A stretch of DNA of 59,164 nucleotides, from contig NC_057717.1 of assembly GCF_004010195.1 (NCBI RefSeq), positions 106,121,548 to 106,180,711 of the forward strand. Direction: 5' to 3'. Shown here piece after piece: positions 12,446-23,362 of this stretch. The notes beneath the pieces are model-generated. The model ran no database searches. It was not told the DNA's origin and saw only the letters and a program-made list of their open reading frames with translations. The translations under genes were made by a program, and so were the position numbers. How positions within the stretch are numbered: the stretch's first letter is position 1; every line of letters starts with the position of its first letter. Source of the stretch: Chiloscyllium plagiosum (taxonomy: Eukaryota).

Positions 12446-13000
12446 CATAGAGTCATAGAGATGTACAGCATGGAAACAGACCCTTCGGTCCAACCCGTCC
12501 GTGCCGACCAGATATCCCAAACCAATCTAGTCCCACTGCCAACACCTGGCCCATATCCCTCCAAACCCTTCCTATCCAAATGCCTCTTAAATGTTGCAAT
12601 TGTACCAGTCTCTACCACTTCCTTTGGCAGCTCATTCCATACACGTAAAACCCTCTGTGTGAAAAAGCTGCCCCTTAGATCTCTTTTATATCTTTCTCCT
12701 CTAACCCTAAACCTATGGCCTCTAGTTCTGGACTCCCACATCCCAGTGAAAAGACTTCGTCTTTTTTTCCTATCCATCCCCCTCATGATTTTGTAAACCT
12801 CTATAAGGTCAACCTCCGCCTCCGACACTCCAGGGAAAACAGTCCTAGCCTATTCAACCTCTCCCTGTAGCTCAAATCCTCCAACTCTGGCAACATCCTT
12901 GTAAAGCTTTTCTGAACCTTTCAAGTTTCACAACATCTTTCTGATAGGAAAGAGACCAGAATTGTATGCAATATTCCAACAGTAGCCTAATCAATATCCT
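12446..13000 (-). mobile_element. CR1 3' end in the SPC24 AT-AC intron
   Basis: DLIEVYKIMRGMDR...RGHRFRVRG...FFTQRV and a (catagagt)n tail. Confidence 0.88.
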
Positions 13001-13330
13001 TGTTCTACCAATGTTCTACAATTTTCATTGTTGAAAGGGGAATTGATAGTTGGCACGTTATGTGATTCAACCAAGAAGTGTACAGTTATAGTGATATTGA
13101 GTTTGAGCATATGTCTTACACCACATGCAATATATTTTTTGGAAACAATTGTGAAACAAAGATAGATAATTTTTTTATTGCACAGCTTTGTGCCTGCTTC
13201 ATTTGAATTGATTAATTGTATACACATATGGAAAGTGCAATTTGGCTGCTTATATTGTTATAAAATTAATCATGTAGTTAATATTATCTCAACATTTTTT
13301 TTAAATGTCTATGGTTTGAAGGTTTTCAGA

Positions 13331-13675
13331 AATCATAGAATCCCTACAGTATGGAAACAGGTCCTTCAGCCCAACAAGTACACACCAACCCTCCGAAGAG
13401 TAACCCAGCCAAACCCGTAACCCTACCCTTTATTTACCCTTGACCAATGCACCTAACCAATGCATTCCTGAACACTATGAGCAATTTTAACATGGCTAAT
13501 TCACCTAACCTGCACATCTTTAGAATATGGGGGGAATCCAGAGCACCCGGGGGAAACCCACGCAGACATGGGGAGAATGTGCAAACTCCGCACAGACAGT
13601 CACCTGAGGCTGGGTTGAAACCCGGGTCCCTGGCACTGTGAGGCAGCAGTGTGAACCACTGAGACACCGTGACGC
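13331..13675 (-). mobile_element. HE1-like tRNA-derived SINE
   Basis: A/B-box head on - (GTGTCTCAGTGG...GGGTTTCAACCC), conserved body, CR1-like tail. Confidence 0.88.
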
Positions 13676-14665
13676 TGACGAAGATCAGTTTTAGGAAAGA
13701 ATTAAGTCACATCCAGAGGGATGAAAACAGCCAATTCAACCTCATCAGTCTGTGTTAGCGTAAATCTTCAAAATGAATTGTACTCCAAACACAATATTTT
13801 TATTTCACTTAAAGTTTAAGACTTTAGAATTTTTCATTGTAGAGAAAAAACATCAGATAATGAGTTTATAACTCTCCCCTCCTTCAACCTATTTGTAAAT
13901 GTCAAAATGATCTCTATTTTAATTTCTGGTAGTATTTTCCACGGTCTCAAAACCCTTGATGTAAAAATACTTCTGTCAGTCAGAAACTCATAATTAATCT
14001 TAAACATACCTTTCCTGGTCCATGACTCCCCCAAAACTCTAAAAGCTCTGTGTCATCCTTTTAATCTTTAAATTATCCCCTAAAGTCCCTAGCACTAATG
14101 AAAACAGCAGTAAATTTTCATACTTGTATTCACGTTTGCATTTTGTCGCAGCAGACAATGGATTAGATTGGCTTTGCTAGTGAATAAGAAGAGTTGTTCT
14201 TTTCAGTTAGAAAATGCCTTTGAAATTAACCAAAGAACCCTTTAAGTATTTTGAGCAATATCCCTGTACTTATAGATGTTTTTAATCAAACTATTTGAGC
14301 TTATGATGAAAATTGAGGATGCGAGGGAGCCAGAAATGAAGGAATACTGAGGTCTTATGAGAGTTGTAGGCTTGCCGAGATTACAGAGATTTTGATGGTG
14401 TGGTCATGGAAGGAGGTGAATTGGAAAACGGACAGGTTGCCAGAGGAGGTTGAATATATACCAAGCATCTGACGACAAGTAAATGGGAGTTGGTGGAAGC
14501 TTGGAGAGAATCAGAAGTGTTCGGAAAATCTTACACTTATTGAAGATGAACAATTGGAGTCAAGCAATTGAATAATCAAATGAGTAACTGGCTCCAATTA
14601 GTAACCAGTCACCATACAGTGACAATGCCAGGGTAAGTGGCTGGTATTCATTCTGCTCAGTGTTC

Positions 14666-15538
14666 AGGGTCAGTGACTGACCCTCACACTCTGACCATTC
14701 CCAAGGTCACACACTGACCCTCACTCTCTGACCATTCCCAGGGTCAGTGACTAACCCTCACTCTCTAACCATTCCCAGGGTCAGTCAGTGACCCTCGCTC
14801 TCTGACCATTCCCAGGGTCAGTCAGTGACCCTCACTCTCTGACCATTCCCAGGGTCAGTGACTAACCCACACACTCTGACCACTCCCAGAGTCAGTCGCT
14901 GACCCTCAACTCTCTGACCATTCCCATGGTCAGTCACTGACCCTCACTCTCTCACCATTCCCAGGCTCACGCACTGACCCTCACTCTCTGACCATTCCCG
15001 GGGTCGGTGTCTGACCCTCAATCTGACCATTCCTGGGGTCAGTGACATACCTTCACTCTCTGACCGTTCCCAGGGTCACACACTGACCCTTACTTTCTGA
15101 CCACTCCGAGGGTCACACACTGATCTTCACACACTCTGACAATTCCCAGGGTCACACTGACCCTCACCCTCTGACAATTCCCAGGGTCACACACTGACCC
15201 TCACTCTCTGACAATTCCCAGGGTTAGTCACTGACCCTCTCCCTGTCCATTCCCAGAGTCACACACTGACCCTCACTCTATGACCACTCCCAGGGTCACA
15301 CACTGACTTTCACACACTCTGACAATTCTCAGGGTCAGTCAGTGACCCTCACCCTCTGACAATTCCCAGGGTCACACACTGACCCTCACCCTCTGACCAC
15401 TCCCAGGATCACACACTGACCCTCACTCTCTGACCACTCCGAGGGTCACACACTGACCTTCACACTGACATTCCTAGGGTCACACACTGGCCCTCACTCT
15501 CTGACCACTCCGATGGTCACACACTGACCCTCACTCTC
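14666..15538. repeat. Minisatellite, ~39-43-bp unit (CACTGACCCTCACTCTCTGACCATTCCCAGGGTCACA), about 22 copies
   Basis: Directly visible tandem array. Confidence 0.95.
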
Positions 15539-15654
15539 TTATGTTGCCTTAAGATAATTTAGAGTTATCAGTGGGCTTGCTAGAAATTATATATGCTGAA
15601 TCCATTCTCTGCAAATAGAACATGCGGAGGATTTGCATATTTTTAAATACCTTG

Positions 15655-16270
15655 TGTAATTAACCTGTTCAGAGTTATTTTTACACACTTCTGGAGCAAA
15701 TGGAACTTGAACCTGGGCTTCTAGGCTCAGAGGCAGGGACACTTTCATATGCATCACAAGAAAATTAAGATTGTTGGGCTGAGAAACAACCAATTAAGTA
15801 GTAAGTCTTCAGAGATATTATTAGACACTTCCAGACTATTGGGACTTGAACCCAGGCTGCCTGGGCTCATAGGAATACTACCAATGCACCACAAGAGCCC
15901 TATCCCTCTTTTTAAACCTTTTGTATTTCCAGAAGTGCTATTTCACACAACTTTTCCCACTACCAAATCACCTAAATCAAAATGATGTTGGCAGGAAATT
16001 ACACCTCTTTATAAGATTAGTTGTTTTTAATTAACCTGTTCAACAATGTAATAAAGAGACTACTGAAGCAGATAGGACTTGAATATGGGCCTTCTAGTTC
16101 AGAAGTAAGGACATTATTACTGCATCATAAGAGCCCTATTGCATCTTTTTAGATGGTTTCCGGGTTAACCTGCTTAGTTATGTCATTGTATACCTCTGGA
16201 GCCGGTGGAACTTGAACCCAGGCCTGCTGGGTCAGAGATAGTGATACTACTGCTGCATCACAAGCGTTCT
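15655..16270 (-). repeat. Four tandem degenerate tRNA-derived SINE heads
   Basis: A ctggagc.gtgg.acttgaacc...ctcaga...tactac.actgcatca.aagag unit at about 15685, 15825, 16060 and 16190. Further copies at about 20645, 33960-34100 and 52440-52680. Confidence 0.7.
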
Positions 16271-16906
16271 TATTACACCTTCTTAAATTAGACAAAAACA
16301 TGGGTGATCCCTGTTACCTGGTGTGTTCTCTGATAAAGCTTCGACAAATCCATCAGCACCCTTGTCTCTTTCAGTATAAATTGTGTTTTCTTTGACATTT
16401 GGTATACTTGAAATTGTCTATGAGTGCAAGACAAAAAGTTTCAGCAGCATATCTGTGTTTTTTCAGCAATCCTCAAGCACTGTGCTATAAACAACTTTGC
16501 TTTATTAAACTCGTTGCTGGAGATTAACGTTTAAAATGTTTGTTGCAGAATGGAGTAACTTCACTTGGACATTGAAGTAAATATTATCCACTACAGGTTG
16601 TTGCTCAAAACATTTTGGTATTTGCATTGAACATGTTAGTGGTGTGTCATTGTTCTGATAAGCTATCATCCAAAATCAGTTTATTGCATATTGCTGCTCT
16701 GAATAATTTGTGCCTATTTAAGTCATTGTAATATAAATGTAATTCTCAAGTGCTTTACAGATTTTGATGTTGCTTGAACCACCATGTGAATCCATTGTCT
16801 CAATTTTACCTTCACTTTTGTGGAACATTTTGTACCTAGCTCATACATGTGCATTGTTATAATAACCAATTATATACTGCTCCTTTTCTTAACAAACAAA
16901 AGTCAC

Positions 16907-17011
16907 ACTTTTACAGCAAGATCTGGAGGAGCTTGAAAGGACTGAGAAAGAAATAACCAAAATAGAAGAAGAGGTAGCTGAAGACACAACAGTAATTATT
17001 CCTTCTACCAA
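16907..17011 (+). CDS. SPC24: SPC24 coding exon 3 (LLQQDLEELERTEKEITKIEEEVAEDTTVIIPST)
   Basis: Matches the human SPC24 segment LEELKE...EVDEDTTVTIPSA as I recall it. Preceded by U12 branch point TTTTCTTAAC and an AC acceptor. Ends at a GTAAGT donor (17012). Confidence 0.92.
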
Positions 17012-17434
17012 GTAAGTTTTGAAGTAATGCATAAGTTTACTTAAAATATTCATGTTTTGTTACATTGAATCTGTACGTAGAAAATCAAATGCTTGAATTC
17101 TCAGGATATTTCTTGGCATAGATGAATTCACTCCATTGCAATTTGGAAAAATTATCCTCCTCAACATTTAAGACATCTGGATGGGTATATGAATAAGAAG
17201 GGATTAGAAGGATATGAGCCAAATGAGACTAGATTAGGTGAGGATATCTGGTCACCATGGATGAGTTGGACCTAAGTGTCTATTTCCGTACTGTACATCT
17301 GAGTCTATGACTTCTATGCAGCTCATAAGGTGAAAAGCTACTTGCTCTTAAATCATTCACTATGATTGTGGGTCATAGAAACTGATGGCAGAAATGTAGA
17401 ATTGTTTGCTGGTGTGGGGAGATGATACTATACT

Positions 17435-17790
17435 GGCATTATCACTGGACTAGCAATTCAGAGACTCAGACTAATGCTTTAGAGACATGGGTTCAAGTCC
17501 CACCATGGCACATATGAAATTTAAATTAATGAAAGTCTGATATTTTTTTAAAAAGAAAAATTAGTCTAATGCAACTATGTAACTATTGTCGATTGTTGTA
17601 AAAACCTGTTAGGCTCAATAATGTCTTGTAAGGGAAAGAAATTTGTTGTCCTTACCTAATCTGGTCTGCATGTAATTCCAGAACCACAGCAATGGGGTTA
17701 ACTGGCCTCTGAAATGGCTTTGGCAAGCCAGTGAGTCCAAGCAGAAATTGGGCATGGGCAATAAATGTGTGCCCAGGGAACAACGGTACA
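17435..17790 (+). mobile_element. tRNA-derived SINE sharing its tail with the L2-like LINE
   Basis: B-box GGTTCAAGTCCC. Tail gggcaataaatg matches 502-514. Confidence 0.6.
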
Positions 17791-17879
17791 TCTGATGCTT
17801 GGAAAACAAAACCAATCCAGGAGAAAAACCTATTTTGCTAACCTTGCTGTTATGAGATAATACATTTTCTCCTATTCTA

Positions 17880-19925
17880 CTGTGAGAAAGCGACTAGCCT
17901 GGATTGAGTCCCCGGCTGTGCACTCCGATCCTAGAACCAGCTGACGAGAGTATTTGCAGATGTCTTTAACCTCTCCTTACTATGTAAGGTTCCCACTTGC
18001 TTCAAGAAGACCACTATTGTCCCAGTACCAAAGAAAAACTAAGGTGATGTGCCTTAATGATTACCGCCCACTGGTTCTGACATCCATCATTATGAAGTGC
18101 TTTGCGAGGTTAGTAATGGTACACGCTGAAAATGTGTTGCTGGAAAGCGCAGCAGGTCAGGCAGCATCCAAGGAGCAGGAGAATCGACGTTTCGGCCATA
18201 AGCCCTTTTTCAGTAATGGTACACATCAACTCCAGCCTCCCAGATTGCCTTGATCCATTTCAATTCGCCTCTTGTCACAATAAGTTCTTGGCAGATGCCA
18301 TCTCCCTGGCCCTACACTCACCCTGGAACATCTGAATAACAAGGAAATTTACGTCAGACTCCTATTTATTGACTTTAGCTTCCCCTCCAGCATCATAGTT
18401 CCAACAAAAGTCTTTTCCAAACTCTGAGACCTAGGACTGTGCTCCACCCCACCCCCACCCTTTGCAACTGGATTATTGACTCCCTGACCTGCTGGCCCCA
18501 ATTGGTAAGGTTAGGTGACAACATTACCTTCACAATAATCCATTAAGTCAGTGCCCCGCAAGACTATATACTCAGCCCCTTACGATACTCCTTATATGCT
18601 TATGACTGTGTGGTCGGATTCAGCTCTAACTCCATTTACAAATTTGCTGATGATACCACTATAGTGGGTCAGAGTCATATAGCATGGAAACTGACCCTTC
18701 AATCCAATTTGTCCATACCGGCCAAGTTTCCCAAACTAAGCTAGATCCACTTGCCTGCGTTTAGCCCATATCCCTGTAAATCTTTTACTATTCATGTACC
18801 TGTCCAAATGTCTTTTAAATGTTGTAATTGTACCTGCATCTATTGCTTCGTCTGGCAGTCCATTCCATATATGAACCACCCTCTATTTGAAAAAGTTACC
18901 CCTCAAATCCTTTTTAAATTTATCATCTCTCACCTTAAAAAAAAAAATTATTTTAGTTTTGAACTCCCCTACCCAATGGAAAAGTCCTTTGCTGTTCACC
19001 TTATCTGTATTCCTCAGATTTTATAAACCTCTATAAGGTCACCCCCTCAACCTCTGACGCTCCAGGGGAAAAAGTCCCAGCCTATCCAGCCTCTCCTTAT
19101 AACGCAAAACTTTCAGGATCTCAAATGATGAGACTGAGTGTAGGAAGCAGATAGATAGCTTAGTGGCATGGTGTAAAGGCAACAATCTCTCCTTCAATGT
19201 CAGCAAAATGAAGGAGTTGGTATTCTTTAGGAAGTGGAGTAGAGAACACACCTCTGTTTGTATCAGTGGCACTGAGGTAGAGGTAGTCACAAGCTTCAAA
19301 TTCCTAGGTGTAAATATCGCCAACAATCTAACCTGGTCCATCCACATTGACACTACGTCAAAAAAGCGTACCAAAGCCTCTACTTCCTTTAGAGGGCTAA
19401 GGAAATTTGGCATGTTCACAATAACTCCTGCCAGTTTTTATAGATGCACCATAGAAGATGGTGCATCCTATCTGGAAGTATCACAGCTTGGTTTGGCAAC
19501 TGCTCTGCCCAAGACTGCAAGAAATTACAAAGACTTGTGAACGCAGCCCAGTTCATCACAAAAACCAGCTTTCCTCCATTGACTCAGTCTACACACGTTG
19601 CCTTAAGAAAGCAGCCAACAAAATCAAAGAGTCCTCCCTCCTCAGTTATACTCTTCCACTCCCTTTCCATTGGACAGCAGATGCAAAAGTTGAAAAACAT
19701 GTATCAACATATTTGCGAACAGTTTCTTCCCCATTGTTATCAGAATTATGACTGATCTCTCATAGGTTTGAGCTTTCTCTGCACCTGCTCTGTAGTTGTA
19801 ACGCTATATTCTGTATTCTGTTCTATTACCCTAACATACTTATGTAAGTTATGATTTGTTTGGTTAGTATGGAAAGCAATACTCTTCACTGTATCATGGT
19901 ACTTGTGACAATAACAAATCAAATC
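17880..19925 (+). mobile_element. Rex1/Babar-type LINE remnant with nested Penelope (18125-18211) and CR1 (about 18670-19112, -) insertions
   Basis: CLNDYRPLVLTSIIMKCFARLV, LDPFQFA and WCKGNNLSFNVSKMKELV...FKFLGV peptides, (aaatc)n tail. The nested insert has a 13-bp TSD AGTAATGGTACAC. Confidence 0.85.
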
Positions 19926-20057
19926 AAGATATAACATGTTATAAAGTATACTGCTTCATTCCTCAACTTAGCTGCTCTCATTTAAATTGTTTTATGTCAA
20001 TTAGCATCATGTCATGACTTGTGTAAATTGGTTCTATTCAAATATGATTTCATGCAG

Positions 20058-20134
20058 GTACTTGGCTCACATTTTCCATAAAGTCACTAAGATCATTTGG
20101 GACTATGACAGCGATCCATCTCTTGTGAAAGGTG
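20058..20134 (+). CDS. SPC24: SPC24 coding exon 4 ([25 protein letters not shown])
   Basis: Matches the SPC24 RWD-domain motif YxAxxYHxVxKIxWDY...VKG. Acceptor tgcag ends at 20057. U12 donor GTATCCTTTG at 20135. Confidence 0.93.
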
Positions 20135-20748
20135 GTATCCTTTGATTTTTGACTTTGAAACTAAAGTAGAGAAAACTCAAATATCTTTAGTACTAGAGAT
20201 AGATAAATCAGCTAATATTATCATGCTTTTCAGGAATGTAAAGACTGTTGAATCTCATTTTATAAAGCCTCTGAAAGTATGATGTGTAAGGAATCTTGAA
20301 TTCAATAAAGTAAAATGCTGTGAGGGAAAAGCATTTGGCACAAAAGTGAGAGAGTTTCTTGGAGTTAGCCGAGTTATAGGAACATGATTTGAATGGTCAG
20401 TCTTAAGTCAGTTCCCTGGCTCCTTTTCACATGTTGACTGTCTCTGTCCACCTGCCTCAGCTCCCTAATACCCTAATATGCTTATCTTAAAAAAAAAATT
20501 ATTGTCTGATTTAAAATTAAGTAACATCTGTTTTTAGATATTTCTCCCATAATTTGTTTCCTTATCTCACTCCTGAGTGTTAAGGTTGTCAATTCTTAGG
20601 TTCCTTCATTAGTAGTAACGTTTATTTTTCTAATCAGTTACGCACCTTTGGAGCAGGTGGGGCTTGAACCCAAGTCTCTTGGTTCAGGAGTAGGATCACT
20701 ATCTCTGTACCTCAAGAGAGCTCTAACTGAAAGGCTATGGTAGAGCAA

Positions 20749-20822
20749 AGGTACTGCTGGACTTTGAACTCACGATGCCCCGTTTACTAGACAGGTGTTT
20801 TAAGTGGCTAAGACACAGTGCC
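20749..20822 (-). pseudogene. tRNA-Thr(AGT) pseudogene
   Basis: The reverse complement GGCACTGTGTCTTAGCCACTTAAAACACCTGTCTAGTAAACGGGGCATCGTGAGTTCAAAGTCCAGCAGTACCT is collinear with vertebrate tRNA-Thr-AGT (anticodon loop CTAGTAA). The D-loop GG is lost and the T-stem is mispaired. Confidence 0.8.
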
Positions 20823-20969
20823 ACTTTCGGTTAATCTATTATCTCAACATTATTTAAAACATCTGTTTGCATTACTTACTATGCCACCAATTTTCCGCAT
20901 TGGCAAATGAGAATTACTGGTTCTCTGTTAGTATAGTAAATAGTTTAAATCACAGTCCAGATCCCTGTG

Positions 20970-21343
20970 TACAAAGTTAAAAATCACACAACACCAGGTT
21001 ATATTCCAACAGGTTTAATTGGAAGCACACTAACTTTCGGAGCGACACCCCTTCATCAGGTGATTGTGGCGGGCTCGATCGTAACACAGAATTTATAGCA
21101 AAAATTTGCAGTGTGATGTAACTGAAATTATACATTGAAAAATTGATTGTATAATTTCAGTTACATCACATTGCAAATTTTTGCTATAAATTCTGTTACG
21201 ATCGAGCCCTCCACAATCACCTGATGAAGGAGCGTCGCACCGAAAGCTAGTGTGCTTCCAATTAAACCTGTTGGACTATAACCTGGTGTTGTGTGATTTT
21301 TAACTTTGTACACCCCAGTCCAACACTGGCATCTCCAAATCAT
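20970..21343. mobile_element. Palindromic Penelope-derived insert (arms about 20968-21134 and 21148-21311) with a hammerhead motif in each arm
   Basis: Near-perfect inverted repeat with a 13-nt loop. 12-bp TSD CAGATCCCTGTG (20958-20969 / 21344-21355). Confidence 0.9.
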
Positions 21344-22245
21344 CAGATCCCTGTGGAACACCTCTAGACACTTCCTTTATTTTTGAGTACATATTCTTTA
21401 TCTCTACTACCTTCTGTCTGACCAATCTGTTCATCATGTCAGTAATTTGCCTCTAATCCATAATGTTAATTTTAACTAACATTCTCTTTCCTGGAGACTT
21501 AGCAGATGCCTTCTGGAAGTGCATGTGACTTGTATTCTGTCCACTGCTTTGGTTACACTCTCTCTCAATTCATTTTAATGCCTGCTTAATAAAGGCCATT
21601 GTTTGTCTGTTTGGTCAACTCAGACTAGTGCTTGGTTGCTTTGTCCTTAATTATAAATTCCAGTAGCTTCCCTGTAACAAATGTTAAATAAGCAGGTCTA
21701 TAATTTCCTGGTTTCTCTTTTTGTGGAGGAAATGTGGGAATTTACTTTAAATTGAATGCAAAAATGCCAGCGAAGGAATGAAAATGTAAAATAATTCTGA
21801 CAAACCAGCTGTCTTGTCTGCTGAAACCTTTGCTACTTTATTTCCAACCATGGATGATTAATTGAATTTAATTACTTCAGTCTTAGTGGAAATACAAGAT
21901 TGATATGAGAGCATTTGAAAGAAGTGTGTAGTGTCACATCAGTGAAAAGCAATAGTTCATAATGATGGGAAAAGAATCACCAATGTCACAAAAGCAATTT
22001 GATCTGTGATTAAAAGTGAAAATGCTGAAAATCATGTAGTTAGATTGAGCCAAGGCATTTAAAATTATCTGTTTAGTTGGAGGTAGCAGAAATTGAGATG
22101 GATAGTAATAAACAGAATGCATCAAGCGATGTTGTGTTTAACCCACAAACCACCTTTTATTAAATTCTGTCCAGGTAGAAGAAAATGGTATGTTATTTGT
22201 TGAGATTGTTTTGTTTGCAATGGTTTCCTTAACTATTTATGTCAG

Positions 22246-22352
22246 TTCATTTTGGGACAGATATAGCACATCCCATTAACATAGACTCTACCAAGCACTC
22301 GGAGAGTTTCATCTGTGATTATCTGTGGAACCTGTTGAGCACGGATTGGTAA
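22246..22352 (+). CDS. SPC24: SPC24 last coding exon ([34 protein letters not shown])
   Basis: Matches the characteristic SPC24 C-terminus (AQPIHLDST...FISDYLWSLVDTEW in human). U12 branch point TTTCCTTAAC at 22224-22233, TAA at 22350-22352. The exons sum to 597 nt = 198 aa plus stop. Confidence 0.95.
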
Positions 22353-23113
22353 ATTGTTCTCTGAGCAAGTATGGAGAACAGGTGAACTGTTCATTTTGAA
22401 TTGGTGTTTTTGTACATTTTTGAAGTAATGGCTTCAATCTAGAAAAATGTAATTTAGGAAGTCTTACTGGTAGACTCATGAGTGTGCGGTGTTTGACAAA
22501 GTATAGACTAATCCCCTGAGTGACTTGCATGTGGCAACATGTGCAGTGATTTTTGTAATGATATTGCTGAAACTGGAAATTCGTTCCTTTTGAGAACTTG
22601 CAGCAGAAACCTGTGTGCCACCACTCCATATCATAGAATACTGTAAAATTATATTCCTTTTTTTTGCAAAATGAGTCTATGTTTATGTGAACTTTTACAA
22701 AAACATTTAAATGATTGGTCCATTTGTTTTGTCTAGCATTGATTCATGAGTCCAGTCTACTGCGCTCTTGAATCTCATTCTTGATTTGTTTTGGATAAAT
22801 ATTATCTGTTCTTTAGTAATATTGTAGATTAGTAAGTATCAAGCATATGAAGCATTAGTAAGCATCATATTAGGTTTTACTCCTTTTAAAAACTGATTGG
22901 CTGGCTTCCTGAAAATTGTGTGCAGCAAATTGAAAAAACTGGATGCAGTACACTAGAAGTGTGCATGTCTGATTTCAGAACTGTGACATGTATAAGCAAC
23001 CATGGCTCATATTGAGGCTCTGCTACTTATCTCTCAGCGTCTGATATTTGCAACTGTATCCCCCTTTTCCTAAGCTGGTTTCTATGCTTACCTCAGTTAT
23101 ATTTTTCAGTTCT

Positions 23114-23119
23114 AATAAA
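23114..23119 (+). terminator. Candidate SPC24 polyadenylation signal
   Basis: AATAAA about 760 nt after the stop, followed by G/T-rich sequence. Confidence 0.45.
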
Positions 23120-23362
23120 GTGGTTTATTCCCTTAATAATTGTGGGAATAATCTTTTGCTTCTCTGGACTTCAATTTGACAACTGTAGGCAGCCAATGTT
23201 TGTTGAACAGTTGGAACCTTGCATCAGCAAAGAAGACTGGAATTGGTGTGTTCTACCAAGGTGCAAACTTTTCACCTGTGATTGAGATGCTGCCCCTTAA
23301 CTTTTACTGCAATTATATCAATAACAGTCACTATTAAATAGAAAAGAATAAGGTGGCTATTT

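Larger units (their letters stand above)
12375..16906 (+). other. U12-type (minor spliceosome) AT-AC intron of SPC24
   Basis: 5' site ATATCCTTTG, branch point TTTTCTTAAC at 16884-16893, terminal AC at 16905-16906. Of the nearby AC/AG candidates I tested (16906, 16908, 16916), only this one keeps the reading frame. Confidence 0.9.
20135..22245 (+). other. U12-type GT-AG intron of SPC24
   Basis: 5' site GTATCCTTTG, branch point TTTCCTTAAC 12 nt before the exon, no polypyrimidine tract. Frame preserved. Confidence 0.92.

Noticed and set aside
14666..15538. CRISPR-like array of palindromic repeats
   Set aside because: Units are contiguous with no unique spacers, there are no cas genes, and the context is vertebrate. 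It is a minisatellite.
16909..16916. TTTTACAG as the true exon-3 acceptor
   Set aside because: It is out of frame with the AT donor, whereas the AC at 16905-16906 has a U12 branch point and keeps the frame.
20749..20822. Functional tRNA-Thr gene
   Set aside because: The D-loop GG is missing, the A box is broken and the T-stem is mispaired.
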